A DNA stretch of 51,909 bases, counting the filler, from Barthelona sp. PAP020 (lineage: Eukaryota): assembly GCA_040182905.1 (NCBI GenBank). It is 2 parts of 2 records of this genome, joined end to end, with 100 filler letters (N's around TTAATTAATTAA, not from the genome) between each part and the next. Parts side by side here need not be neighbours in the genome. Positions count along the whole stretch, not along the records: positions 1 to 25,934 come from JARQWU010000141.1; 1 more part is not named here. One strand, written 5' to 3'. Of this stretch, positions 10,871-20,889 are shown piece after piece. Within the stretch, counting starts at the first letter, position 1. Each line of letters begins with the position of its first letter. The position numbers and the translations under genes are program-made. A model generated the notes under the pieces. It was not told the origin of the DNA and ran no database searches. It saw only the letters and a list, made by a program, of their open reading frames with translations.

Positions 10871-13800
10871 ATGAGTATATTCAGTTGCAAAAGTCAATAT
10901 GTTACTCAAATAACACCATTTATTATTGGGGATATGCCTCAGGCGATTTTAGTTGGATTGTCCAGTTTTGAGTTGGTTAATTTTTCCAACAATTCTGTGA
11001 GATCTTTGGCCAGATATGAGTTAAATTCTGTAATATTGTCTGTTGTTTCAATACCTTTGCCCCAAAGATTTTCTGATGCAATTATTATTTTATGCGAGTC
11101 ATTAGAGTTATTTGTCTTTATTTATGAAAATAAACAATTTATAAAATTACATTCGATTGTGTTAAGTGCACCAAATGAAGAATATTATTTGGCTGGATCT
11201 ATAATGCCTTTAGGCTTTAATTTAAGTTCTGGCTTTAGTTTTGCAACTGTTATTGTACAAAGTACTGTATTTTGGATTGAATTCAATGAATCTGTTTTTC
11301 GTTCTGTTGAAATTGGTGATATTTCTAGTGTTGTCTCAGGATATGATGCACGAAGAGTAAGAAGATACATATTGCCAAGTTCACCATTGCTTTTATCTGG
11401 AAGTGATTATATGATACCAGTACAATGTGTTTTTGACAAATATGTTTCGTTAATATCTTTTGTTGTCAGTCGTCCTTTTAATTTTAACATTAGTACCTGT
11501 GTGTTACGTCCTGGTTTGTTCTCTATGGGACCTTTTGATTCAAGAATTTACGTGATGTCTCTTGAAAATCATTTTCTAATTATTTCCCATCAAGGATGCG
11601 TCACAATACTCAATTCTACCAGTACATCGCCTTGTGAACTACATAATTTGCCAATTCAAGCTGGATGTACACTTTTGAGCAGTAATCATCTGTATTTTAA
11701 TGTGGTTGTAAGTCTCAACGATGTTCGAGATGTTTTGGCGTTGATTAAAATACAAAAATCTAATGGGAAACTGACATCTATCACAAAATTTGAAAAAGTT
11801 CCAGTTTTCAATGATATAGTCCCTGTTTCTACCAATCTATGTGTAGGATTAAGCAAAGCTGGAACAGCACTTTTAATCGCTGTGGAAGGAAACAATTGTA
11901 AGGTAGTTAATTGGCACGCTTTCACTTCAAGTCATCTTTTAAAGTCGGTATGCATTGTACATTGGCCAAATAGTCGTCAATTACCTCCAATTGTGGTTGG
12001 AAGTTTGAAACATGGTCGAGGCGCTCATTTTGGTCCGCCTAGCATTGGTGTCACTCATATGTTACATTATAAGAGCAATGGTATGGTTCCTCTTAATGTT
12101 TTCAATTGCAAGGACTCCAATTCGATATACCTTGTTACTCCTGAGCGTTCGGTAAAGATTGAACTGAATCCTAAAAATTTGAAGGAAATGGAAGTCATAG
12201 CTTTGCTTCAAGAGCAATTATTCGTGAACGACGAGTCTTTTTTTATCACATCTAAACGTATAGAAATCAATGGAGAAAGACTACCAGAGATTGACTCAAT
12301 TCGCACAGCTTCAATGCACAAGGATATTGCCGCGATAGTTGTTGACAATACAATTAAAGTATTTCAAAGCAACAAACTGCTTTTTTGTGAGATCACACTG
12401 GATTTCAAACCAGATATTGTTTTCTGGATCGAAATGGGTTGGCAAAGATGCCTTGTTGTTCAATCACATCTAGACAGACAAACTAGAATATTTGGATTGC
12501 AGCAAGGCTTCTATCGTGCATTGGATGATGAAGAGATGGGGGATTTAAAAAATCTGTTTCAAGTTTACACTTCATGTACTCGTGTTACTGACAATAGAGT
12601 TGCTTACACTGCGGTTGGAGGATTAAATGGGGAATTCGCTGTTTTTGTCAATACAACTAAGATTTTTGAAACACAAATGGGCATAACTGAGGGTATTGTT
12701 ACCGTTCGTCCTTGTTTATGGATCAGGGAATCTAATGAATCAATCCCTTTATTCATCATTTGTTGTGCTTCAGGCATTTTTCTCGCTTCTGCTCATATCA
12801 ACAATTTCATTTTTGTTTCCTTTCTTTCTACCGGATATTATGATTGGTTTGATGCTTTACCGTTGAAAGACTGCAAATTATTGTTGTGTAGGGAAGATGG
12901 TATTTACGATGCTCTTGTTCATCTTGATCAAGGAAGTATTTTGGATCTTTCATCAACACAGACTATTGTTGATTCTCCTCCTGATCTAATCAGTTCCATG
13001 CCACATTTGGATACTGTTGTTACCGTTTCACAAAATCCTGGACAAAAATCTGTTCATTTATCTATGCTTCGTTTCAGAGGAGCGGCTTTGACTATCGAAG
13101 ACTCAATTAGTGTAGCAGTTGAAGGACCTGTGCATGATATGTTTTCAGTTGAAGCTGATCCTACCCCTCAAATTAGTGGACCCAGTCCTGTTTGTTTTAT
13201 TGGACTTGTTTCTTCTATTTTGAACTTCAATCGGATTGACCTTCAAACATTCATGCATGATGTGTCGTTAAGACCCTTAACACAACAATCAGTCTTAACA
13301 ATATTCCAAGTATATGTTGATGAGGATAGTCATTTCCGTTTTGCTGGTGTTACCCCACATATGTTACCTGCTGCTGTCACAGTAACAGGTGTTCATGGAT
13401 TAGGCTTTGTTGTTACTGATTCAGATGCTCTATGCATAAAATTATTAATCCCAAAAGGATTACCAGCTAAAGTTTTTTGTGCAGGACTTGTTCGTTTACC
13501 TGCAACCGCGAGAGTTGAATATCTGTTCGCTACACCTTTATTAGATGATACTGGGAAAGGAAGGTATTTTTATGTTTTATCTGTGTCAAGAGGTTTTATT
13601 ACTCTTTGTAGATTTAGAGAAATGGTTACACATACTGGTAGTGTATTTGTCGGGAAAATTTTGGCTCACGACAAATGGAAGCACAAAAAAATAACATCAC
13701 ATTATTCACTTTCTAGTGGTAAATTTTTGTTGGCTCTAAACAATGGAAAAATGCTACTTGTTGATGCTTCAAAGGAGAAACATCAGATTCAGCTACCTTC

Positions 13801-14062
13801 ACAGGGAATGGACGCTGTTGATGTTACTCCCATCTCACATAGAAGACAAACACCTCCACCTTTTCTTGATACACCGATGGAAACTACTTTAGAGGTTTCA
13901 AAATTAACGTACAAGGTTGTGGCTAAATACACCTCACCTGTTATTGCGTTAAGATCGATACAAATGGGGAAAGACAAGGTATTATTGTGTTTGTTTGAGG
14001 ACAGTTCCACAGAAATATTAGCTCATAGATTTAAGGAAATAAACAATCATGGGTTATATTGA
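10871..14062 (+). CDS. Large beta-propeller protein, possibly DDB1/CPSF160/SF3B3 family
   Basis: About 1060 aa and beta-rich; N-terminal RYELNSVILSVVSIPLPQRFSDAIIILCESLELFVFIYE resembles the family's first propeller; very divergent. Confidence 0.45.
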   Translation: MSIFSCKSQYVTQITPFIIGDMPQAILVGLSSFELVNFSNNSVRSLARYELNSVILSVVSIPLPQRFSDAIIILCESLELFVFIYENKQFIKLHSIVLSAPNEEYYLAGSIMPLGFNLSSGFSFATVIVQSTVFWIEFNESVFRSVEIGDISSVVSGYDARRVRRYILPSSPLLLSGSDYMIPVQCVFDKYVSLISFVVSRPFNFNISTCVLRPGLFSMGPFDSRIYVMSLENHFLIISHQGCVTILNSTSTSPCELHNLPIQAGCTLLSSNHLYFNVVVSLNDVRDVLALIKIQKSNGKLTSITKFEKVPVFNDIVPVSTNLCVGLSKAGTALLIAVEGNNCKVVNWHAFTSSHLLKSVCIVHWPNSRQLPPIVVGSLKHGRGAHFGPPSIGVTHMLHYKSNGMVPLNVFNCKDSNSIYLVTPERSVKIELNPKNLKEMEVIALLQEQLFVNDESFFITSKRIEINGERLPEIDSIRTASMHKDIAAIVVDNTIKVFQSNKLLFCEITLDFKPDIVFWIEMGWQRCLVVQSHLDRQTRIFGLQQGFYRALDDEEMGDLKNLFQVYTSCTRVTDNRVAYTAVGGLNGEFAVFVNTTKIFETQMGITEGIVTVRPCLWIRESNESIPLFIICCASGIFLASAHINNFIFVSFLSTGYYDWFDALPLKDCKLLLCREDGIYDALVHLDQGSILDLSSTQTIVDSPPDLISSMPHLDTVVTVSQNPGQKSVHLSMLRFRGAALTIEDSISVAVEGPVHDMFSVEADPTPQISGPSPVCFIGLVSSILNFNRIDLQTFMHDVSLRPLTQQSVLTIFQVYVDEDSHFRFAGVTPHMLPAAVTVTGVHGLGFVVTDSDALCIKLLIPKGLPAKVFCAGLVRLPATARVEYLFATPLLDDTGKGRYFYVLSVSRGFITLCRFREMVTHTGSVFVGKILAHDKWKHKKITSHYSLSSGKFLLALNNGKMLLVDASKEKHQIQLPSQGMDAVDVTPISHRRQTPPPFLDTPMETTLEVSKLTYKVVAKYTSPVIALRSIQMGKDKVLLCLFEDSSTEILAHRFKEINNHGLY

Positions 14063-14355
14063 GTTTAACTTCTTATTACACTACATATGAGGTTTGCTCT
14101 GTAAATTTACATAATTTGTGTTTATTTTTCATTAATGTCGTACTTTCCAAACATATGCTAAAGACAAAAGTTTCTGTTTTTAATTCTCTTTTTTATTAAT
14201 TGAAAATATTGCTTAAAGATAGATAGATTTTTGTGTTATTTATAATATTAAGTGCCTTGAGAGTCAGTTTTGTTCTTAAAATAATGTCTGAATCTAATAA
14301 ATTTCTTCCTTCAATTATTTTTTCTTTTCTGACTTTTTTTTCAACGAAACCAATT

Positions 14356-15126
14356 ATGAATTCAATCGAAGATAATATTTTGTTATTTCAAAGACTAAAA
14401 ACTCTAAAACGAACTGGTTGGATAAATAATCAAATCGATAATGCTGAAAGTGTGGCTGATCATTCATTTAATGTGGCTATGCTGGCGTTCACAATGCCTT
14501 TTAGCAAAAATATTAATAGAAACAAGGCTGTTTTAATGGGATTGATACATGATGTTGCTGAAAGTGTTGTTGGAGACATTACTCCTGATGATACCCGTTA
14601 TACTATCAGCGATAAATATAAAATGGAAAGTTTTGCAGTTAATTCTATCAATATTCACGATATTTCTTCACTTTGGTTTGAGTTTGAAGAGGGAAAGACT
14701 AATGAAGCTCAATTTATCAAACAATTGGACAAAATGGATATGTTACAACAATGTCTAATTTATAAACAAGCGGATCCAAATAAAAATCTCGACTCATTTT
14801 GGTCAAGTAGAAATGTTGTTGTTGATCCTTGTTTAAAACCATTTGTCGATAGATGGTTTGAAGAATATCAACTTTTATGTGATGATTACACCTTAGTTAA
14901 TGTGGAAAATTGCGATTTTTTTCTGCAAAAATTGAAATATATGGGAGACGTTTGGTTGACTCAACTGTTAAAACATGTAACCAGTAGTGAAAATGAAGAA
15001 ACAATCAATTGGGTTAAAAAGAAAATAGTTGAAAATGGAAATTTTTCCCCTGCTTTTTTGGAAACATATAATTTGACTAAATTGGAAAAAAATCAGACAA
15101 ATAACCACAACGATCAGCTGCGATAA
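14356..15126 (+). CDS. HDDC2: HD-domain 5'-deoxynucleotidase (HDDC2/YfbR-like)
   Basis: LKTLKRTGW, ESVADHS, LIHDVAESVVGDITP, LWFEFEEGKTNEAQFIKQLDKMDM. Confidence 0.9.
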   Translation: MNSIEDNILLFQRLKTLKRTGWINNQIDNAESVADHSFNVAMLAFTMPFSKNINRNKAVLMGLIHDVAESVVGDITPDDTRYTISDKYKMESFAVNSINIHDISSLWFEFEEGKTNEAQFIKQLDKMDMLQQCLIYKQADPNKNLDSFWSSRNVVVDPCLKPFVDRWFEEYQLLCDDYTLVNVENCDFFLQKLKYMGDVWLTQLLKHVTSSENEETINWVKKKIVENGNFSPAFLETYNLTKLEKNQTNNHNDQLR

Positions 15127-16014
15127 AGAAAAGCCTTATGCAAATCATACTTCTTTGGTTCAAAAAGTCATCAATGAAGAAAAAACAATAGAATATTGAA
15201 TAAAAATTTGATTATCTATTGAACAAATCCTTGTGCTCTGTGCCTATTTTAAAATAAAATTCTTTCATTTACAAATTTTTGAATGGCATCTTAGTATTTT
15301 GGGACAACATATCTGCAATTGTTATAGACAATCTTTGGAAAAAAATGATAATGAGACAGTTGGTAAAAAGACAAAAATACAAACACCAAAAGTCGAATTC
15401 AACTGAATCAACAATGTCAATTTACTTTGTCTTTTTACTTCGGTATCTTTTCAACATTCTTAAGAATTAACATTCAACTAAAACTGATAAAATTCTGTTG
15501 TTCATTCATTTTGTTTTTCCAAGGAACTACAAATACAGAAATCTAACTCTTTTGAAATTTGATGGCTTAGACTGTGTATTGGCTCAAATTTGGCATTAAT
15601 TGAAAATGCTATTGATACTTTATCATGGATTATCGATGAACAACTGACTGACAAAACTAATGAATTATTTTCTGCTTCATACGCATCATTTTTGTATGAT
15701 TCTAAATATTCATTAAATTTTAAGTGTTTAGCTATTTTTAGAAGCAATAACGATGTGCAAATTATTTAGATAATTGCTCACTTTTTTGTAATCTAAAAAA
15801 TCATGCAAACAGTGTTATTGGGATTGCTTTTGCACAGAATGAGCAAATATTTGCTACTTGTTCTGATGATTGTTGTGTTAATATCTGTGACCTTGAAAAT
15901 AATTTGTTTTTCCACTTGTTCTAATTCTATATATTCTGGTGATTCTACTGGCATTATTAAGAAGTTGAGGTTCGAATGATTGTACGTTAATTTTGGAGGC
16001 CAATGTTCATTCAA

Positions 16015-16730
16015 ACATTATTTGGAGTATTAACTTTGAGCTGATGGCAAAAATTTCCTAACTGTCATGATAATATTTTTAAATTGATTGATGCTGAAAA
16101 CTTCCATGTTATTCGTACATTCGATAAAAAAGAATATGTATATGAAGTGTGTTTCCATCCAACTGAAAGGATCGTTGCCGTTGGTTTTTTATCAAATAAA
16201 GTCAGTTTGATGAGTATCGATGATGGGTCACTTCTTCAATCATTTCATTTGGATGGTTGCCCAATTTCCCTTCACTTTTTCACCTCCAGCGTCCTGTTTA
16301 TCGTGTGTACTGACACCAAAATTACTTCATATAGTATGGAAAGCTTGCAACAAATTCAAAAGATCAATATTGATTGTAAAGATGATGGAGACGAGAGTTT
16401 TTCATTAGCAATATGCCCCAAAAGAAAAAAAGCAGCGATTTGTTTTGAATCTACAATTAGATTATATCCAATTGTAACTTTGTTCAATATTTCATATGAA
16501 TCTAAACTCATTGAGTTGTTAAGACACAATGGAGGTGTTATAGCTTCGGTGGTTTACCTAAAAATTGAAAATTGTAATTTTCGCAAGTTAATAAGTGCTG
16601 GTATTTGCTCAAACCAAGATGAATACAATATGATTATTGACACATATTGGGATCTTATTGATATGAACCAAAAAAATGGGAGAAACATTCATGAGTTTGG
16701 TATTGGACAAATGGGATAGTGATGATGATT
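16015..16730 (+). pseudogene. 5'-truncated WD40 family pseudogene
   Basis: ORF 16084..16719 has only the C-terminal half (FHPTERIVAVG ... SKLIELLRHNGG..RKLISAGI..IIDTYWDLIDMN). Frameshifted homology extends to about 16015; TAG precedes the acidic tail codons. Confidence 0.75.
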
Positions 16731-16761
16731 CGAACATTTATCCACCTCAATTTTGGAAGAA

Positions 16762-17149
16762 GTGTTCGTGTCAAAGCGGACGGATTTTACGCAAAAGAGA
16801 ATATAAATGTGTTTAAGGTTTCTCTTGCAATTTCTGATATTAATGGGTATCAAAATTGAAAAGCTCAAGTAATAATAAACGTAATCGTAAGAATTCAAAG
16901 ATTAAGGATATAAGCAAATAAATTAGGTCAACAAAGAATATCAAAATCCTACAAAGAGAACATAAGTGGAAACATTTAAAGTGAATCAAGGGGCTAAACA
17001 AAAGTGTTACACTTTTCTTTAAATACCCGCCCCATCTAAACCGGAAGCATTTTTTTTCTTTTTAAGAGTGTTCTGAACCATCCACGCAAAACGACTCAGT
17101 TGCAAGTACCCCCAAACTTTAATCGAGACAATAAAGGTCTTTATAAGCA
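16762..17149. repeat. Diverged direct repeat unit 1 (~390 bp)
   Basis: Shares ordered blocks with unit 2: GTGTTCGTnnCAAAGCGGACGGAT, TCTTGCA..TTCTGAT, CGCCCC, T-tract, GTTCTGAACCA(A)TCCAC, CAAGTA..CCCAAACT. Confidence 0.8.
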
Positions 17150-17160
17150 TTTATTATTAT

Positions 17161-17515
17161 TGTGTTCGTAGCAAAGCGGACGGATAAAGACAAAATAAAC
17201 ATTGTTCTAGGTTCTATTCTTGCACTTCTGATTGTCAAATATGATCCAATACATATACAATAATATATAATTAGAATAAGAACGTTAAACAAGCTGTAAG
17301 TAAAGTAAAAATTAGTTTCCAATCAGAATTATCTTAATTTGGAACACAATGAAAGAACTTGAATTTATCTGATTGATAAATGTTAAGTTTCGCCCCGGGA
17401 AAGAACCTTCCTTTTTTTTTTATAGGAGAGTTCTGAACCAATCCACACACAACAGACCAGTGACAAGTAACCCAAACTCTAACCTTGAACAGTGAAAGCT
17501 TTTATCAAATGTTCA
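17161..17515. repeat. Diverged direct repeat unit 2 (~355 bp), TG...CA ends
   Basis: Same blocks as unit 1, offset 400 bp at the start and 360 bp at TTCTGAACCA; flanked by TTAT on both sides. Confidence 0.8.
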
Positions 17516-17603
17516 TTATTTTGTCGAGTGAAGTCGTGTGAAGCCTTTAATTTTGCCCTTTCGTCTAATGTGAATTCTCTTTTGAAATTGTAAAATTTTG
17601 AAA

Positions 17604-17614
17604 ACTCGATCCTT
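17604..17614 (-). promoter_or_regulatory. B-box-like 11-mer AAGGATCGAGT downstream of tRNA-Met
   Basis: Identical 11-mer at equivalent distance downstream of tRNA-Leu (26191-26201). Confidence 0.6.
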
Positions 17615-17639
17615 GCATCAAAGAAATTTTGAGCAAAAA

Positions 17640-17711
17640 TGCCTCGCCCGAGAATCGAACTCGGCTTTCCACATTATGAGTGTAGCGTCCTAACCGCTAG
17701 ACTAGCAAGGC
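17640..17711 (-). tRNA. tRNA-Met (CAT), elongator type
   Basis: GCCTTGC TA GTCTAGCGGTTAGGAC G CTACA CTCATAA TGTGG AAAG CCGAG TTCGATT CTCGG GCGAGGC A, then TTTTT terminator; G1-C72 and TTC T-loop argue against initiator. Confidence 0.9.
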
Positions 17712-17877
17712 TTCGATATAAACAGTAAATAAATTATGAATGAATGAGGAGTTATCGAATAAACTAGCAAAAGAATTAATTTGCAAATTTAAAAATATTG
17801 TTATTACAAAGAAATAAATGGAGTTAAAAGCATTAAGTATATACTGAACTAAAGAAAAGAAAAAAGAAAATGAAGTT

Positions 17878-17924
17878 TTATTTCCAAGCCAAGAAGCACT
17901 GTGCGTATGAGTGAATAAAAAAGA
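17878..17924 (+). repeat. 3' inverted terminal repeat of the DIRS-like element
   Basis: TTATTTCCAAGCCAAGAAGCACTGTGCGTATGAGTGAATAAAAAAGA, exact reverse complement of 21741-21787. Confidence 0.95.
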
Positions 17925-17966
17925 ATAGTGTTTATTTGGTTAAAGGCTTTCGAGGCCCATTGTTCC

Positions 17967-18006
17967 TAACCAAATAAACTTCACTCAGCACAGGTTCCTA
18001 TTCTTT
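17967..18006. other. Internal complementary region (ICR-like) of the DIRS-like element
   Basis: 17967-17979 pairs with 17930-17942; 17980-17993 with 17899-17915 (3-nt bulge); 17998-18006 with 17920-17928. Confidence 0.75.
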
Positions 18007-20861
18007 CAAAAGTTCCCATAGCTTAGAATAGCATCATGGGATGAGTGTCCCAATTCTTCACGAATAACGGACAATGCTTTGTCCCTGGACATACCCTCTG
18101 TTATCAGTTCACGGAATCGCTTCTGTGCAAATGAACGACGAAAGTCGTGGGGTTTAATTCCCAGCCCTCTCAGCTTTGTTCGAACCCTTCTAATTAACTT
18201 AGTGAATTCCTTTTCGGTAGGTATATGATTAAAGCATAGGTATGGAGCACAGTCGTGCCTTGTCATAATCATTTGTTGGATGAGTTCCCCTTGTGGGGAT
18301 GATATGCCCAGGAGAGGGATCTTTTTGCAAACCCTTCTTGATTTTAAGCCCTTTGCGTCATCATCTGTTGCGCAAATGATGGAGAGCGATAGATCGGTGT
18401 TGATCTCTATTTTGTCTTTGCCAAACATGGGATTGCGAGTTCTTACTGCCTCGCCAATTCTTGCCCCTGTGAGTAGCATTACAGCAATTACTGTCATAGC
18501 TTGGTCGTCCCAAGTTCTTCTCTTTGAGCCCCAATTTAAGATGAATTGAGCATTAAGCTCACCAAAGGCTCCTTCTTTGATTATTTTAGGCGCTGCTCTG
18601 CTCGACGCCAGGCTTCCAATTGTTCTTCTCGTTGCTGTTAGTAGTGGATCTCCTATGATTCTTCTAAACGCGTCTGGCGCTTCTGTTTTGGCTGTTGCTA
18701 AGATCCCTGATAAATAATTCCTCATGGTCTGAGGTTGTATGTCTTCCTCCCGCAGATGCTGCAGGAACTGGAGAATGTGATCAATATTGATCTCTTTGAA
18801 TTTAAAGGCGTGCTTACGTTCCTTCATGAAGGTAATGAACCTTCGAGTTACTGAGGTATAATTGTCTCTCGTGGTCTTCTTTGTCGAAGCCATCAGGAAC
18901 TCCTTTGCCTCCTTGGAAAGGCCGGATATTTGTCCAGTGTTTGTCCTCTTTGTCTGTAGCCAAAAGGACAATGGGCTGTTTTCGATTCCGACCTTATGTC
19001 GAATTGTTGCTTCGGGTCGGTTTGACCTGAACGATTCCTTTAGCCAATCTTCTACGATATGTATTTGGCTTCCTTCTAAGTAAAGATTTCCCTCGTCGTC
19101 CGTAATTGTCGGGAGAGGGACAATGAAGTTACCTTTTCTCTTCCTAAAAGAGCCGTGTCCAATGGATAGCCTAGCTTGCTCTTGCATCTCTGGTGGTAAC
19201 TTTTCTACATTTGTGATTCTTGGGGCAGGATGAATCCTCCTCATGAGGTTTCTGCTCCCTTCCTTCTGTTGGTTATTTCGACCATCAATGACTGCCTGCC
19301 TTCTTGCTGGGCCTCCTGTCTTTGGTCTTCTCGTTGCTCCTCCTGGTATCACTTCCGGCCACATTCCGGGGTTGGCCAGGGGGTCATAAAATGATTTTGG
19401 TGTCTGTGGAGGAATTGTAATCATTGCGGGTAACTTTTGCTTGCCGCTATTTTCTCCATCATAATTCTTTTCTCTTGATAAGGCGTCTGCTATTATGTTT
19501 TCCCTTGTGCTGATGTAACGCACTTCTAAAAAGACACCTTCTTCACGGGCGAACTTTCTTATTTCTTGCCCTTCTTCGCTTAATGCCTGGCTCTTTGCCC
19601 GGCCTTCTAATGCTGCGATTGCGTTTTTGTTGTCGCAGTAAATTAAAATATTCGAACCCATGGGTAAATTTGGGGTTACGGCCTTGACTGCTGATCCCAC
19701 GGTTCTTAATTCTTTTAGGGCGATTGTTTTGCCCTCTTGTTCTCCGAATTTTAACGTTTGACCGGAGTCAAACACAATACATCCTGCTCCATCCATTGAC
19801 GCGTCTGTTGCGATGACGATGGATCTCGGTTCTACCGACAGTGGGATTGGTTTTATTCTTGCCAACTCAGTCGGGATATTTCTAACGATCTGCTCTGTCT
19901 CTGTCGTCAAGCGGATTCTCTTGGATTTTTCCTTGCTCTTATTTCCTGCCAGTAATCTGGCTACTCTTGTTTTAGTAATGTATAAGTCCTTATGAAAAGT
20001 GAAGGCGAATTCTAAATATCCGCTTAACTTTTGAATGTCTCCTATGGTTGTAGGATTTTTGAAATCCTGACAAAACTGTGCTAACTTGGCTCTCTTTGTT
20101 TGCTGTAGGATTACCAATGCCTCGTTTTCACCAAAGAGGAATGTCCATCCTCTGAAGTCAATTATCTTAGTAGGAGAGAGCCTTGATTTCTCAATATTTA
20201 TTTTCAAGTTTGCATTCTTAAACAGGGCGATAGTGCTTTCCACTGCCCTTCTTACTTCTTGTTGTGATTTGCCGACGATTAAAATATCGTCCAAATAGTA
20301 CGTTATCTTGATTTGCTGTCTCCTTAAGTGTCTTACCAATACACTCATCATTGAGGAGAAATAACTTGGTGCCACGGCTAGTCCGAATGGCAATTTCTTA
20401 GCTTCAAAAGGTTCCTCATCGAACCTGACACCCATCAATCTATAGTATTGTGGGTCCATTTGCATGTGATGATAGCCATCACTTAAATCTAAAGACGCTG
20501 CATAACGTGCGCCTTTGAAGAAAAAGGGGTCAATTGGTTCATACTTAAATGGGTATATGGGAGCCAATTGGTTTGATTCTCTAAAATCTGTGATGGTTCT
20601 TAATGACCCATCCGCTTTTGGGACGAAGAACACATCTGCCTCAACGCTTGGCTCTTCGTTATGATTCCATTTCTTTACTGCGCCCGAGTGGACTAGCTTC
20701 TCGAAAGCAAGTCTCTTGTCCTCGGTTAACTCATTGTGAGTGTGATTACGTCTAATACGTAATCCTTTCTTTGATTGTTCTACTGGCACTCCCCTTACAA
20801 TAGCACTGAGGAGTTCTCTTTTTGCCCCTAGTTCTTCAAAGAGTAGGGGGTTGAGCCCCAT
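18006..20861 (-). CDS. Fused reverse transcriptase - RNase H - tyrosine recombinase polyprotein (951 aa)
   Basis: RT: FFVPKADGSLRTITDFR, LDLSDGYHH, LPFGLAVAP, YYLDDILI. DIRS-type RNase H: IATDAS, KELRTV, YCDN, NIIADALSR. YR: core-binding helices (TRDNY..RF, TMRNYLSGI), GARIGE, PHDFRR, LGHSS, terminal Y. Confidence 0.95.
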   Translation of the reverse strand: MGLNPLLFEELGAKRELLSAIVRGVPVEQSKKGLRIRRNHTHNELTEDKRLAFEKLVHSGAVKKWNHNEEPSVEADVFFVPKADGSLRTITDFRESNQLAPIYPFKYEPIDPFFFKGARYAASLDLSDGYHHMQMDPQYYRLMGVRFDEEPFEAKKLPFGLAVAPSYFSSMMSVLVRHLRRQQIKITYYLDDILIVGKSQQEVRRAVESTIALFKNANLKINIEKSRLSPTKIIDFRGWTFLFGENEALVILQQTKRAKLAQFCQDFKNPTTIGDIQKLSGYLEFAFTFHKDLYITKTRVARLLAGNKSKEKSKRIRLTTETEQIVRNIPTELARIKPIPLSVEPRSIVIATDASMDGAGCIVFDSGQTLKFGEQEGKTIALKELRTVGSAVKAVTPNLPMGSNILIYCDNKNAIAALEGRAKSQALSEEGQEIRKFAREEGVFLEVRYISTRENIIADALSREKNYDGENSGKQKLPAMITIPPQTPKSFYDPLANPGMWPEVIPGGATRRPKTGGPARRQAVIDGRNNQQKEGSRNLMRRIHPAPRITNVEKLPPEMQEQARLSIGHGSFRKRKGNFIVPLPTITDDEGNLYLEGSQIHIVEDWLKESFRSNRPEATIRHKVGIENSPLSFWLQTKRTNTGQISGLSKEAKEFLMASTKKTTRDNYTSVTRRFITFMKERKHAFKFKEINIDHILQFLQHLREEDIQPQTMRNYLSGILATAKTEAPDAFRRIIGDPLLTATRRTIGSLASSRAAPKIIKEGAFGELNAQFILNWGSKRRTWDDQAMTVIAVMLLTGARIGEAVRTRNPMFGKDKIEINTDLSLSIICATDDDAKGLKSRRVCKKIPLLGISSPQGELIQQMIMTRHDCAPYLCFNHIPTEKEFTKLIRRVRTKLRGLGIKPHDFRRSFAQKRFRELITEGMSRDKALSVIREELGHSSHDAILSYGNF

Positions 20862-20889
20862 TCGGCTCTCATCTTTCTGTATAATAACA

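Noticed and set aside
16984..17000. AATCAAGGGGCTAAAC resembling an RNase MRP CR-V motif
   Set aside because: No matching upstream GAAAGUCCCC-type P4 strand, and the motif is not conserved in repeat unit 2
17945..17990. Hammerhead-like words on the minus strand (CUGAGUGA ... CGAAA)
   Set aside because: Core is not CUGANGA and no stem II/III with an NUH site could be built; the pairings are better explained as an ICR
19300..19420. Possible DIRS methyltransferase remnant (DPLANPG) in the pol linker
   Set aside because: No convincing DLFA or (N/F)PP(F/W) motifs; too weak to call
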